Source of the DNA: Massalongia carnosa | Taxonomy: Eukaryota | Direction: 5' to 3' | Length of the DNA stretch: 64,000 bases | NCBI GenBank assembly: GCA_965645245.1 | Contig: OZ287081.1 | Coordinates: forward strand, 1,674,001-1,738,000 | Shown here: positions 47,689-60,616 of the stretch, piece by piece | Position numbering within the stretch: position 1 is the stretch's first letter | Layout: each line of letters starts with the position of its first letter | The notes under the pieces: generated by a model | The model's database searches: none | What the model saw: only the letters and a program-made list of their open reading frames with translations | What the model was told of the DNA's origin: nothing | Made by a program: the position numbers and the translations under genes

Positions 47689-48645
47689 CTATAAATCCTT
47701 CTTCGGTGTCAAGTCATGGCTCTGTTTTGAGATGTGGTCGCTCAAGCTTCCATATTCACGACTGAGCCCCTCGCTCTGTTTCTTCAGAGTCTCAATGTCC
47801 CGATCCTTCTGGGCAAGCTGGTTCTTCAACTTCCCAATCTCACCGGCGTTGCCAGCCTGCGCCAGCCTTTCGGCTTCCTTGCCCTTGGCCTTGGGGTCGC
47901 CTTCGTAACGTTTGACCTTCTCCTCCAAGCGTAGCTGATCAAGTATCATCACGTAGGTCCGATTGAGGATTAATGAGAGGAAGAGCGTGAAGCCGCAGAG
48001 GTACATGTTACGCTGGGAGTAGAATTTGCGTGCCTGCACCTCCATACGTTCGGAACCACCCAAGACACCCGCGCTGCAGCTATATCAGCGAATGCCTGCT
48101 TTATCTAGATATTCCGTGCATACTTTTGGCCTTTCTCTTTGGTTGCCGCCAACTCCACCTGCACTCGATACACTCGGTTGACGCTATCAATAAACAGGAT
48201 CAAGATAAAGATAAACGTAATCTTCACCCTAGTAAGCTCGAAGCTATTGTAAACATAATTGGGTACAAACCTTCATGCCATATTGTAACTTTGCGATTAG
48301 CGGATTCTCCGAGATGAAGTTAAAGAGCTTGCGTTTCCACGTGTATGGAAGGGGCACGATGAGCAACATGAACACGCTCATCTCCGTCACCAAGATAAGG
48401 AACACCTATTGGGAACAGGTACATCAGCAACCATGCTCCAACGCCAACTCCACACGTGCACACATAAATTTGGATAGAGACCGGAACGTAGATCAACGAC
48501 GGCATGATGTCTCGTTAATTGCAGGGTGGCAGGTGAAGGTGCAAGTCTTGACTTCGATGGATTTCCAGAAAAATCCGTGCTGTGAGAGGAAAGAAGGGGG
48601 AGGAAAGAAAAGAAGCAAGCTTACGAGACTGTAGTAGAGCGTCAT
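47689..48645 (-). CDS. BAP31: B-cell receptor-associated protein 31-like ER membrane protein (Yet3/BAP31)
   Basis: MTLYYSL|VFLILVTEMSVFMLLIVPLP..., LFIDSVNRVYRVQ and RMEVQARKFYSQRNMYLCGFTLFLSLILNRTY; coiled coil; C-terminal KKDL. Confidence 0.92.
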
Positions 48646-48966
48646 TTGATGTATCTAAGTACCTAGACTCTCCAGTCGGAGGAAGGTGGGGATGAATGAT
48701 GGAGATCGATAGCTTGCTGAGCCTAATCAGCTGACAATTGTCGGTGGAACCCTTGGGGTCTCACTGCTATATAATTCTGTGCCTGGAGAGGGAGAGTTTC
48801 AAGATGAAATTCAAGCAAGCTGCATGATATTGTGTTCAAGCTGCAAGGTGGTGAGATTTGTCGTTCTGCTGTTCTGTGGGTGACAATGACCAGAAAAGGC
48901 TGCTGGACACGCAACCCGAAACCACCCACGTCATTTCGCCTAGGAACTTGGCTCGGGGAACATGGC

Positions 48967-48982
48967 AGGGCTAATTAGCCCT
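48967..48982. promoter_or_regulatory. Perfect 16-bp palindrome AGGGCTAATTAGCCCT upstream of BAP31
   Basis: Seen directly; regulatory function is inferred only. Confidence 0.3.
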
Positions 48983-49077
48983 AAATGGCAGATTAAGTAG
49001 AAATACAGAGTAAAAATGTGAAGATTGTAGGTCAAGCTAAAGTCGAAACCTCTTTTGAAAATCGCGTCTATGTATTT

Positions 49078-51177
49078 TTAAGCATCTAACTTCAATCTTT
49101 CTAACAGCCTATCTATCTTTCCTAGCAAAATCTGATAATTGATGGCATCTCCCGCAAATTCATCGCCAGCAATTTCTCCATCAAGCGTTCTAACCTCCCC
49201 ATTCAGCATCTGCCGCTCCGGAGTAAGTGAATGATTTGCACCCCTTATTGTAGCACCATCATCAAAAGTGTTATCCAATACAACGATACCATGGTTAGGG
49301 GAGTTCGCATCCAAGGCGAAAGTTATCGACTCCTGATTGATGGGGTTCACGGGATTTTCATCCATCATGTCCTCTAAACCAGAGTCTTCAAAGCGCAGGC
49401 GAAAACGCTCAGAAAGGTAATAGCGGATCCTGAACAGCACAAGTTGTAAGCACCGACCCAAAAAGATAAGTAAAAAAATGCCAAAAACATACTCATCCAG
49501 CAGTTCAATGCTGTCTGTCTCTTGTCTTCCATGAATCCGCGACGCGCTCTCCCGAATTAGATCTGCAAATTCGAGCTCCTCAACATAGCTCTCAAGTCGG
49601 TAAGCAAAGTAGCGGGCGGCGAACTCTTCAAGCCGGGGGACACGCGTGAGCCAGCCGGCGCGAACGACATCATAGATATTGATAACTTCTTCCTCGAGCA
49701 TCCTACCGTCTGGTGCTCCTGTTGACGCCTTTGAGTGCATGGCTCCATTTCCGAGTGTGCTTAAGACAACAGCTGCTTTCAATTTCAAACGGTCGATGAA
49801 GAGGAGATCAGCAGCAAGAAGTACATCAACTGCCATCTCCACCGGGAAATCCACCCTTTCAGTGTACAAATATGTCAGGACAACTTCGAGCACGTCAGGA
49901 ACACAGTCAATAGCGATAATCTGCAGATGCATGGCGGGTTGAGCTTCACGAAAGGTAGAGGAGAACATCGCAAGGAAGAAGTCGGAACGAAGGAGCATGG
50001 CCCGGTGGACGGGGAAAAGAACGGATTTGCGTGAGAGCTGAGAACGGGAGAGTGATCTAGGGGCTTGAGACATAGGGCCAATGGGTATTCCATCCAAGGG
50101 GCCCAGAGATGTACGTGTTGTGGCGTCTTGGCTATGCGCAACTGGTTCTTCTGCTCGAACACCCTCTTCTGGTTCATCTGCACGTAATAAGACATCAGCA
50201 AAAATAGCATTATGTTTATCCCATTTCACGTCTTCCGCTTTCGCTGTTTCAATCAATACTTTGTATTTCAGCACATTCTCCCTGAACCACGCCTCTAGTT
50301 GATTGCGGCCCTTTTCCACCTCCTCCGCTCTGTTTTGCCGTACAAGCCGACGATCGCTACCTTCCAGAATACCATCCCAGAGACTTCTGATCTCCAGATA
50401 TTTACTAATCTTATCAATTCCTTCCAAAACTTCGTCCTCGGAGAATCCTGTGCCGGGTCCACCCCCAACGTCGGCTGGGATTTCGCCAAGGTATACGTAT
50501 TTCATTGCTGCTCCAAACGCTTGGGGCGGTATTACGGAAGGCAGCTTCCATGATGTTGTAGATGGTGTGGCAGCAAGCTTTTTCGAGAAATATGGTGATC
50601 TTGATGACAGAATGAACTTATGCAATTGGAAAGAGTCTGTTGTTGTTGTAACGTGTATATCGGCGGTTGGGGGTGCATCTCGGACAAGCAAAGAAGTGAT
50701 GTGCGCAGCGAATGGCTGTAATGGATCTGACGATTTAGAGTAATCATATGCAAGGAGCAAGTTTCGTATCCGATCATTCAACGCGTTGTAAAGACATCGC
50801 TCGCCTTGGAAAGTATCCCTCTCGCACAGCGCGCCAGACTCCAGCAAGAGTTGTACAACCTCATAATGGCCACATAAGCTTGCCTTGGCAAATCACATAT
50901 TAGTGGCTAAGTTTCCAAGGGGAAGACATCAATGATGAGAGCGAGCAGTCACCAGAATGAGAGGCGTGTAATCAAACTGATCTCTCGCATTGATGTTCAC
51001 TCCAGCCGCAATCATTTCCTGGCACGTCTTGAGATCCCCCTTCCGACAAGCCTCACATAGCTTGTTGAAGCTCTCGCTTACATCTAGAGGGCTATCCTCC
51101 TTCAACTTCCCTTTTTCGATAAGCATTTTCTCTTCATGCAAGCTAACCTCGAGCTGATCCTTCCTGAGGATATCCAT
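49078..51177 (-). CDS. Ankyrin repeat and BTB/POZ domain protein (Btb3/YIL001W-like cullin-3 adaptor)
   Basis: LCEACRKGDL, NARDQFDYTPLIL|ASLCGH and ALCERDTFQGERCLYNALND; two BTB-like segments (LHKFILSSRSPYF, VHRAMLLRSDFF); RQETDSIELLD. Confidence 0.9.
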
Positions 51178-51813
51178 TAGGGCGAAATACTGACGAAAGA
51201 AAGAAGAAAGACACTGTCCTGCAGCCTTCTAATGTATCGAGAAAACAATATGACGGGGATATTTTTATGTTGGAAGCTACTATCTAACAGAGTTACCTGC
51301 TATACATAAGCGCTAACGGAATACATCGTAGCTCAACCTACAAAAAACCCTTAAACCTAATCAAGGGTTTTCCCCTTTTACTCATCAAACTGCCGTGAGG
51401 AAATTGTCCTGAGAGAGGTGGCATTGACTGTAGTGGTGTCCGTAATTTGGAGTTTGTCCCTATAACCAATCCGTATAGAGTACTCCTTATGGAATATTTT
51501 GCGCACACATTGCCATTTTGAATGCGTATCAAAGGGGTTAACTGAACCTTAAACTGCCACCCAAACTGAACCGCGATGGATGGCGCACAGTATCTTACTC
51601 TCACGTGATACAGATTCCTGGTTACTTTGGCAACGAGAAAGTCAACACAAGCTGCCACTGAACGGCTATCACTTCCAATCACTCAAGTACCAACTCACCA
51701 ATTGGATATCCCATCGGCAGACCCATTGCTAACTCAATGACTCCTAAAGCTTCAACTTTGTTCTGTTCTTAAGTATCATAGTTCAAAAAAGAAATAATTC
51801 GAAAGCATTGAAA

Positions 51814-54085
51814 ATGGCAAACTCTACAGAACCAGAGAAGTATCAAGTACTTGAGAAGATCGGTATGAATCACTCCTCATCACCATACTCATTCATATCT
51901 TCTGAGAATTAATGTTCTTCAGGTCATGGTTCTTTCGGTATTATCAGAAAAGTAAAGAGAGAGTCTGACGGTCATGTATGCATCTTCAGGCTGCATAGCT
52001 CCTTCATGCAGCTGCTGACGTGCGCATTCACTAGATCCTCTGTCGCAAGGAGATCAGCTATGTCAAAATGTCATTAAAAGAACGAGAGCAACTGCATGCT
52101 GAGTTTTCAATTCTAAACTCTCTGCGACATCCAAATATTGTCGCCTACTATCATCGTGAGCATCTTAAGTCGACGCAAGACCTTCACATCTATATGGAAT
52201 TCTGCGGAGGAGGAGATCTAAGTCAGGTCATAGACAAGCTTCGGAGAAACAATCAATACGCGGAAGAGTCATTTGTGTGGAGCATGTTCTCTCAGCTTGT
52301 TACAGCGCTTTACCGGTGTCACTATGGAGTTGATGCGCCGGAAGTCGGAAAGAATGTTACGGGACCTATTACTTCTAGCCATACGTCCGGTCTACGACCA
52401 AAGAATCAGGTCATGATTTTGCACCGTGACTTGAAGCCCGAAAATGGTAAGCTACGGCCCATGTTACCGTACGATTCCTTATGATACTGATTGTCGTAGT
52501 TTTCCTTGGCGCGGACAATTCAGTGAAGCTAGGTGACTTTGGATTATCCAAGTTGATGCAGTCTCATGATTTTGCGTCAACCTATGTTGGAACGCCATTT
52601 TACATGTCGCCTGAGATCTGCGCTGCAGAACGGTATACCCTCCAGTCTGACATTTGGTCATTGGGCTGTATCATGTACGAACTATGTGCAAGAACACCTC
52701 CTTTCAATGCCAAAACCCATTTTCACCTTGTTCAGAAAATCAAAGAAGGCCGGGTGGAGCCGTTGCCGAGTCTCTACTCTCAAGAACTTCAGGCTGTAAT
52801 CAAGAGTTGTCTGAAAACTAATCCAACCAATCGACCGGATACAGCGTGTCTACTTAATCTACCTATGGTGAGGCTGATGAGAAAAGAGAGAGAGGTGGTA
52901 GAGCTTGGAAAGACGCTCAAGTTGAAAGAAGAGCATACCACGATGAAGACATTGGAAGCTGAAGCCAAGTGTGCAAGCATTGAGGCAGAGAAAGAGAAAA
53001 TGAGGGTCAGCATTGAATCCACTGTCAGACGAGAATGGGAGGTCAAGGCCCGGCTAGAGATCGATCGCCAATTACAAATCGAAAGAGAGAATCTGCAAAA
53101 GACATTTGAGATAGAGATCCAATCCCAGGTTAAGAAAGAAGTCCAACAGCGCCTCGAGTCATTGAGTCTCTCGAAACAACAAACACCAGCACCGCCTACC
53201 GACATTCAATTCTCCTCTATCAGTACGAGTGCCGAGACCGACTTCCCTTCAAGCACCGATCTTAGCAGCCTCTCCCTCGAGTCGCCCCCATTAGAGAAGC
53301 CCGATTCCTTGCGTCCAAAAAAATCCACCCGCACGCCATTCTCCCGCGCGCGCACTCAGTTCGATTCTCCAATGGACGTCCAAATGATCGAATCTTCACC
53401 CATGTCCATCGCTTGCCTCTCGCTCTCACCACGACGGACTGCGGCAGCAGCAGCAGCTAGTAACATCCCAAACCGGAAAAACATCTTCGCTATTGCCGCA
53501 GCTCAAAAGGCAAACCCAGATTCACAAAAATCAAAACTCAACCCACAAATGCTTCCCTCACCCACTTCATCCCTCGACCCTACCGTGGAAGAAGACGATG
53601 ACTGTCTCCCCGAACTTCCATCCCCCACCCGCGTACCTTCATCTCACCAAGATCCATTCAAACTGCCCACCGCTCGTCCAGGCTTGTTCCGCCAAAAAAC
53701 AGCTCCAACCCGCCGCCTCAACCCCCACCTCCCTGCACAGTTTCCACCACCCGTCAAACATCCACGCATCCCGTCCCCGACCAACACCACCTCCTCGGGC
53801 TCTCCAGTCCGCAAAGCGCCCCCCAAACCCTCCTCCGCAGGTACCGAAACCGACATTTTCAAAGCCGTCTTACACCGGAACTTGCTCGGCAATGGGACCG
53901 GAAGAACCCTCGTTGAACTCGCGCAAGCGAGGGCAGGGGGGGCGCCGAGCTTCCCCAGTGGGGGGGAGAAGGGGTTTGAGGCACCGGGCAGCCGGGAGCG
54001 AGAAGCGCCGGTTTGGGATCCGGAAAGAGATGAGATGCCAAGCCCATTCTTGGTTCGGGGAGGGAGGGGACTACGGCGGTTATGA
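51814..54085 (+). CDS. nimA: G2-specific NIMA-family serine/threonine kinase
   Basis: KYQVLEKI|GHGSFG, ILCRKEISY, LHRDLKPEN and KLGDFGLSKLMQSHDFASTYVGTPFYMSPE; coiled coil; C-terminal GRTLVELAQAR..WDPERDEMPSPF; 3 introns. Confidence 0.96.
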
Positions 54086-56214
54086 TGGATAGACGAACAT
54101 GAGAGGAGAGGCGTAGAAAATGGAGATTTGGCTATGGTTACGATTTTTGTTTGTTTTTTTTTTTAGCAACGGGGACTCACGAGCGGGACGATTTCGTATC
54201 CGGAAGCTCCGGGTGATAGTTGCTTGATTGGTTATTTGTCAAAAGGTTGGTGGAAGCGGAAGTGGAAGTGGGATAAGGAGGGGGAAGAAGAAGCATGCAG
54301 ACACCAACTAAGATAGGTAGGTAGGAAGGCAGGATGCCAGCCAGACAGATAGATCCTGCCCCGGAAGCAGAAGCGTGCTGGCTAGCGGTGTAACTATGTA
54401 CATTTTAAACCCCTTTCTTTCTCTTACTCACTCACTCACTCATCTTTCTCTCCTCTCTCCCCCCCCTTCTCAAACCCTTACGTCCCCACCCCCGCTCACA
54501 GCGAGGATTCTAGATTAGTCTAGTTAATGCTTTTTTTCTGTCATTTCGTCTCCATTCCCCTCCCCTTCTCTCTCTCTCTCCCTCTCTCTCTACCTCCTCC
54601 AATCCTTGGAAGCATCGTAGGTAGAAGGATCACTTACCTCTTTGGCTTGGTTGGTTGGTTGGATAGCTGAGCTGGTTAGCTGGGATAAGCTGGCTGATTT
54701 GATGACTATTTAAAGAGAGTCTGGTTTCCGTCTCGCTCGAGACGTGTCCTGGCTCGGATTTACCCGGTGGGGGGGGAGGGAAAGAAAGTGTATATATATG
54801 TAACAAAAGGTTCTAGAGAAGTGAAAGAAGTTTGTTGGGAGGTTGATTTGGAAATTCAATGGACTCCTGTTTCTCTCATCTTTTCTCTTCTTCTTTTCTT
54901 CTTTTCTTCTTCTTTTCGTGCCTTCTTCAATCGTCCGTCCGTGCGTGCGTGATGCGTGATTCTTGCGTACTTAGCTACTTACTTTAATTACTTCGACACT
55001 TTGACCTAGATGGGTGAGTCGGCGAGCTGAGGATTTGCTGACGCGACTCGTGGATATAAATATGATTTGGGGAAAGGAGGGGGGGGGAAACTTAACGCCG
55101 AAAGAGGAGGGAGGTGAGGGGGTGAGGGGGTGAGGGAGTGACTGATTCTCTCTCTGGTCCTGGGGTTGGAGAGATGAATGAGCGAACCCCTTTCTACTGG
55201 TGGAGACCCCCCAAGCATGACTGTAGTCTTCCTTCCCCCTTTCCATCCGCCCAGCTAAGAGCGGCTTTCCTTTCCTCCCCTCCCCCCCCCCTTCACCCCT
55301 CCCACTCCACAGAAAGAACTCCAAATAGCTGTTTCATTCCGTCCATCCAAATCTAATCCAATCCTCTAGCGCCTTGTCGTCGCCTACTCTTCCGTCTTTG
55401 CTTTTTCCCTAAACGCGATCTACGGTACTTGTTAACCTCTTATCTATCTATTGGCTGAGTTATCTACGTGAAGGTTTTTGGGACTCCTGGACGTTATGAA
55501 CGCTGGAGGGGGGAGGTGGTTTTTCTGAATAGTAAAAGGTAAGGTAGGGAGGCAGGTAGGTAGGTAGTGGGGACGTGGGGACGTGGAGAGGTATATAGAT
55601 AGGTAAGTAAGTAGGTAGGTAGGTAGGAAGGTAGGTAAGTAAGTAGGTACGTAGCAGCTCGTCGGCTATCTTTATGGCACTCTCTCATTCTCTTTTTCAC
55701 GCAAGTTTTTCGACCATAGAGCTCGGTAATAACAAAGATCTGCTGCGATATTGATTCGATCTGAGTAGCTTGATGTCCGAAAGAATACAGGATACTGCCG
55801 GCATTCGAGAAGCGGCAATAGTCTGCTGAACATGACGAATGCGAGCATGTATTCCTCAGACGGGAAGACGATGAAACAATGTCGAGCTATCTGAAAATCT
55901 TATCACCCGGCACTATTTTGCCCTCGCTCATGACAGCCCATCACTAACTGCTCCCACAAACTTGAGAGCAAGCGTGACACAACGTATGATAACCAGATTC
56001 CCGGACATCAACATTCAAAGTCGGACATACACAACCTCGACTAGAAGGCGTCATCCGGTGTATTTCAAGAATGTTCAGGGGGAGGAAATTGTGCTGAGGG
56101 CTTGTATGTCGAAAGTGACGGTATTCCGCTGGAAGAGATTATGTAACAAGGTGATATTAATACACCTGGGCGATGATTGCCCAAGAGAGATCATATGCAT
56201 CCACCTTGACAACA

Positions 56215-57591
56215 TCAATTAAGAATGCTTCGACGGCAATGTGGACACGTAGGATGCTCTCTTAACCATCTTCCGACGCATTCCTCATGGAACCAATGTT
56301 CGCAGGGTAGCTCGGTAATCCGCTCGTCCACCTGGAAGGTCTCGACGCAAATGGTACATTCGCAACTGCCCGATGCGTCTTGCATGCCCTCCTGGAATTC
56401 CATCTTCAGCAATGCATCGATGGCGGCGTTGTTAGCTGACTGTTGCTCAACGTTCTCGAAACTACTATTCAAGAAATCGAGAATGATCTGAGTGAACCGG
56501 TCCCAATGAGCCGGAGACCTGAGATGCTGCTGTAGAGCAGACCGACTGCGGAAGGACCTATCGCAGTCATCGCACTTGTACGAATGAGCAGGAGACCTAA
56601 GATGCTGCTGTAAAGAACGCCGAGTGCGAAAGGATCTATCGCACTCATCACACTTGTGAAAGTGAGCAGGAGAGTTGAGATGCTGCTGTAAAGAACGCTG
56701 ATTGCCGAAGCATCTATCGCAATCATTACACTTGTACAAGTGAGGAGGCGAGTTAAGATGCTGCTGAAAAAGATCCTGAGTGCTGAAGAATCTATCGCAA
56801 TCATCACAGCTGTACAAGTGAGGAGGGAAGTTGAAATGCTGCTGTAAAGAACGCTGAGAGCCGAAGGATCTATCGCAATCATCACAGCTGTACAAGTGAG
56901 GAGGCGAGTTAACATGCTGCTGAAAAAGATCCTGAGAGCCGAAGGATCTATCGCAATCATCACACTTGTACAAGTGAGGAGGCGAGTTAAGATGCTGCTG
57001 AAAAAGATCCTGAGAGCCGAAGGATCTATCGCAATCATCACACTTGTATAAGTGAGGAGGCGAGTTAAGATGCTGCTGTAAAGAACGCTGAGAGCCGAAG
57101 GATCTATTGCAATCATCACACTCGTATAAGTGAGGAGGAGAGTGAAGATGCTGCTGCAAAGAATGATGAGTGCCAAAGAGTTTATCGCAATCATGACACT
57201 CGTATGAATGAGCAGAAGAATTGTAATGCTGCTGCAAAGAACGTTCTGTGCCAAAGGGCTTATCGCAATAATCGCACTTGTGAGGATGAGCAGAAGAGTT
57301 GAAATGCTGCTGTAAAGAACGTCGGGTGTCGAAGGACTGATCGCAATGATCACACTTGTACGGGGAAGCCGGAAGGTTGAGGCTCTGCCGCAAAACTAAC
57401 TGCCTGCGCTGATATTCCCTCTGATTCAAATGAGCATCAGAAGCGAGATGTCGCCGTAGGGAATCACGGCTGCTGAAAGAGCGGTTGCAATTAGTACATT
57501 CGCACCGGACGTGAGCAGGCGACTCCAGATGTTGAAGCAGAGCAGCGCGGCTAGAAAAGGATCTATTGCAAGTAGGACAAGCATTCTCCAT
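56215..57591 (-). CDS. Intronless protein with 13 C2H2 (Cx2C-x12-H-x5-H, JAZ/matrin-type) zinc fingers and a C-terminal RING-H2
   Basis: Repeated YKCDDCDRSFGSQRSLQQHLNSPPH units; RING CTIC..LPCEHWFHEECVGRWLREHPTCPHCR. The ATG at 57591 has good context; an upstream ATG is also possible. Confidence 0.88.
   Translation of the reverse strand: MENACPTCNRSFSSRAALLQHLESPAHVRCECTNCNRSFSSRDSLRRHLASDAHLNQREYQRRQLVLRQSLNLPASPYKCDHCDQSFDTRRSLQQHFNSSAHPHKCDYCDKPFGTERSLQQHYNSSAHSYECHDCDKLFGTHHSLQQHLHSPPHLYECDDCNRSFGSQRSLQQHLNSPPHLYKCDDCDRSFGSQDLFQQHLNSPPHLYKCDDCDRSFGSQDLFQQHVNSPPHLYSCDDCDRSFGSQRSLQQHFNFPPHLYSCDDCDRFFSTQDLFQQHLNSPPHLYKCNDCDRCFGNQRSLQQHLNSPAHFHKCDECDRSFRTRRSLQQHLRSPAHSYKCDDCDRSFRSRSALQQHLRSPAHWDRFTQIILDFLNSSFENVEQQSANNAAIDALLKMEFQEGMQDASGSCECTICVETFQVDERITELPCEHWFHEECVGRWLREHPTCPHCRRSILN
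56505..57360 (-). repeat. 78-bp coding minisatellite, 11 units
   Basis: Near-identical DNA units (AAGTGAGGAGGCGAGTTAAGATGCTGCTG..GAGAGCCGAAGGATCTATCGCAATCATCACA) recur every 78 bp in the centre of the array. Confidence 0.92.
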
Positions 57592-59666
57592 TTTGAAGAT
57601 ATCGAAACGATGCTGGCTTGGAAGAGTTACTGTGACAGAAGGGTGGACAACCTCATGATGTCTGCGGGGTGATTGTGTAATTATCACCATTCTTTCAGGA
57701 ACCAAAATAAAAACAGTTTCGGAATAACCTCGCTGTTAAGTTATTCCGGAATATGGACTTCGGAGTCAGGAGTGTACTGAACCTTATGCATCACCCCTTT
57801 CACACCCCGCACACGGTAGGAGCTCTGGGTATCCGACTTCAAGAAACAGATGAGCCGACAAGGTACTCCATGCGCTCCTATCATCGCCTTGCATGCATGG
57901 AAAGATAGCTTCAAAGTCTTCCTCATGATCATCCGGAAAGAGCTGGGCATTCATTCACGAATAACAGCCGGAGGCACATGGGCGGTTTATCTACGTAAGA
58001 TAAGTTAGATACTCGCACATCAAGATTACAGTGCGCGACGCAAATGGTTGGTACGGTGCAGTATGTACGGCTATTCACTATGCCGACCAACGGTTCACAA
58101 GCAACAAGACTTTGCTCAGGAGTCGTCCTAGATACCGCTTTCAGCGGTTTGGGCGATCGGCAGCAAAACTTCCGGTCGCCATTTCACACCAACGCCGCCT
58201 ATGAAGTTCTATTTCGGCATTCCCGATAACCTTGTCGCAAGCTAGGCTACTGTGAACAATCGAAGGAAAACTGTTTTTGTGTGACCGTCGAAATCTTCTC
58301 TTATGGTGATGCTTGACGGCTTGCTGACCTCCGGCAGCATGAGGATGTTATCTATTCTACAATATATGTAACAATGGACCGGATGTCTCTTACCGAACAA
58401 ATATAAGAGAAGTTGGAATCCTTTGGTGACAGCTGGAAACGCAGTTCATATTTGATTGAGGTTAAATCGTTGACCACAACGGATTGTGCTTGATGGGAGG
58501 ATTTATGTAAGACTTTCCGTCCACCTCCATGACCCAAGTCGTCTTTCTAGGCACAATGAGTGTCTGAATTAGAGGGCCACCATATCCGGCACAATTTTTA
58601 GGATGGTTGAGGCTGATAAGGTGTAAGCCTGCCGTTTTTTCCCTGGGCAATGGAGCCAGTGAGCTTTGATTACTTGACATGCTTGTTAAGCAAAGTAACG
58701 ATGTATCATAAAAGCCAAAAACTCTCTATCGCGCTCTTCATCAGGTTGAATTTTCTTCCTCCCCATTTTCCAATCCCGGTTCTCTATATTATTCCTCCAA
58801 CTATCGTTCACTACCAAGTCTTCTCATCATTAGCAATGAGATCCTTGTAGCTCTTTCTTTCTTAGGCGTCGATATACGCTTTGTCCCACCAGGTCGTCAA
58901 CTTATTTATCAGTATACGACAAGGATCTTCATTCGAGCCCTAACAGTCACTGGGAATCTCATAGTTTCATGCGTTTTGCATAGCTATAAGGTTTGGATAC
59001 AGGATATCATCAGCACGATCCATCATCTTGACGTTGAGAGCTTAATTTAGGACAGGAACTTTCAGACTTCTTTTAGAATTCGCTATCTACCGCCACCCAG
59101 ATTGCCAGACTGCTGACCAATCCCAACACTAAGGCCTTGCTGGAGGGGCAATCTTCGTCGTACATTGTCTCACTGAAACCAAAGCTTATCGGGCAGTATC
59201 TTACATTCTCGGAAAAGGCTGTTAGTGTAAGTAGAGTGTTGAGACCTCATGAAGTGGCTTTCTAGACATAGCAGCGTCAAGATACGAAAGGCTGCTTTGA
59301 AGCCACAAAGATATACTACTGAAGATTCTTCTAGGAAAGTAGATTGGTAAGGCATTTTTTACTTCTAGAATGCTTGAGTCTTGTCCCCAACTCTTGCATA
59401 CGTATATCTATATCGGCCGTGAGTGTGACTGCATCACATCATTAGCTGCACTTGTTTCGTCTTCTAGCAAATGTGGCGAAACTTACCCACCCTTTTGGCT
59501 ACTCCAACCCCCCCCCTTTCCTCTTTCGTTTCCTGTTTACAATCATGGCCCCATTCTTCGTAAACCCCTCGAGACATCCCCCTCGTCCGTGGATATGACT
59601 CCCGTTCCCCTCTCCCCCCATTCCCTAACCATATATGTCATTTTCCCTTCCACCCTCATCCCTCAC

Positions 59667-60281
59667 CTACCCATTTTCACCACCATTTATCCCCTCACCC
59701 GTCCCCGCCCCCACCCCCGAAGTTTCCTCCCCCAAAACCTTAGACGCGGCCATAAACCTAACGCGCGCACACCACAGAAGCCGTCAGCAAAACCTCTTGT
59801 TCGGATTAAAACGAAATATTCTGCCCACACTAGCGAATATTCTGATCACTTCAGGAGCATTTAGAAATAAAATTGTTCTCCCCACAACCCGCCCCCCTCT
59901 CCCCCTCAAATCGTCCCAAGAATAGAAGAAATAAAGATTAGACGGAAAAAAAAAAACGTACCCTCCACCCCACCACCCCCCCAGCCCCTTCACATACTCC
60001 GCCTGCACGGCCGTCATCTGCAGCAGATTCTCCAAATCGGCCAGGTGCGCATTCAACCGCGCGAGCTGCGCGTGCAGGTGTACATACTGCCGGCTTCGGG
60101 ATTGTGCGTGGGGGGTTGTGCTCGTGCTTGTTGATGAGCTTGCTAAAGATGTTGTGGGAGGAGGAGGGGGAGCACGATGGTGGGGCGGATAGATGGGGTG
60201 GTGGTGAGGGGTTGTGGCTGTGGATGCGGATGTGGATGTGGAGGGATGATGCTGGTGGGGGTGGGTGGAGGAGGGGGGCAT
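59667..60281 (-). CDS. HSK3: DASH/Dam1 complex subunit Hsk3 (2 exons)
   Basis: SRQYVHLHAQLARLNAHLADLENLLQMTAVQAEYVKGLGGWWGG|FMAASKVLGEE; intron at about 59759-59961. Confidence 0.85.
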
Positions 60282-60616
60282 GGTTTTGTTGGTTGGCTGG
60301 TTGTAGTTGTTGTTTGGGATTGTAAAGGGTGGGTGGTGGTGCGAACCGTTATTTTAACACACTATTTGGGTAGTTAGTTATATGTACACTGAAGTTTCAC
60401 TACGGACACCCGCAATGAAAGGCTTTCATTTTAGCCCATCATGAAACTTGAGTTTTGGCTGTATTTTGGTTTCAGCTAACAACAACTTCTCATATTGTAG
60501 TATTTGGTATATCACTAGGCTTCAAAGCGGATTGATTAGGCAGTTGTTTATTGACTGAAGTGTATTGTAACTTACTCAGGTAGCTAACCCAAGTTATTCC
60601 CCTATCTCACAGCCAT

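Noticed and set aside
56469..57353. 294-aa hydrophobic repetitive ORF in an alternative frame
   Set aside because: A stop-free alternative frame is expected when a 78-bp unit is amplified. The zinc-finger frame explains the sequence.
56505..57360. CRISPR-like periodicity
   Set aside because: The units are contiguous coding repeats with no unique spacers, the context is eukaryotic, and there are no cas genes.
18089..57591. PRDM9-like pairing of the SET gene with the zinc-finger array
   Set aside because: They are 36 kb apart with many core genes between, and the fingers are not of the classical DNA-binding TGEKPY type. Nothing in the sequence links them.
58350..59360. Possible decayed coding DNA upstream of the zinc-finger gene (also 63200-63500)
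   Set aside because: The fragments are too short and broken to assign without a search.
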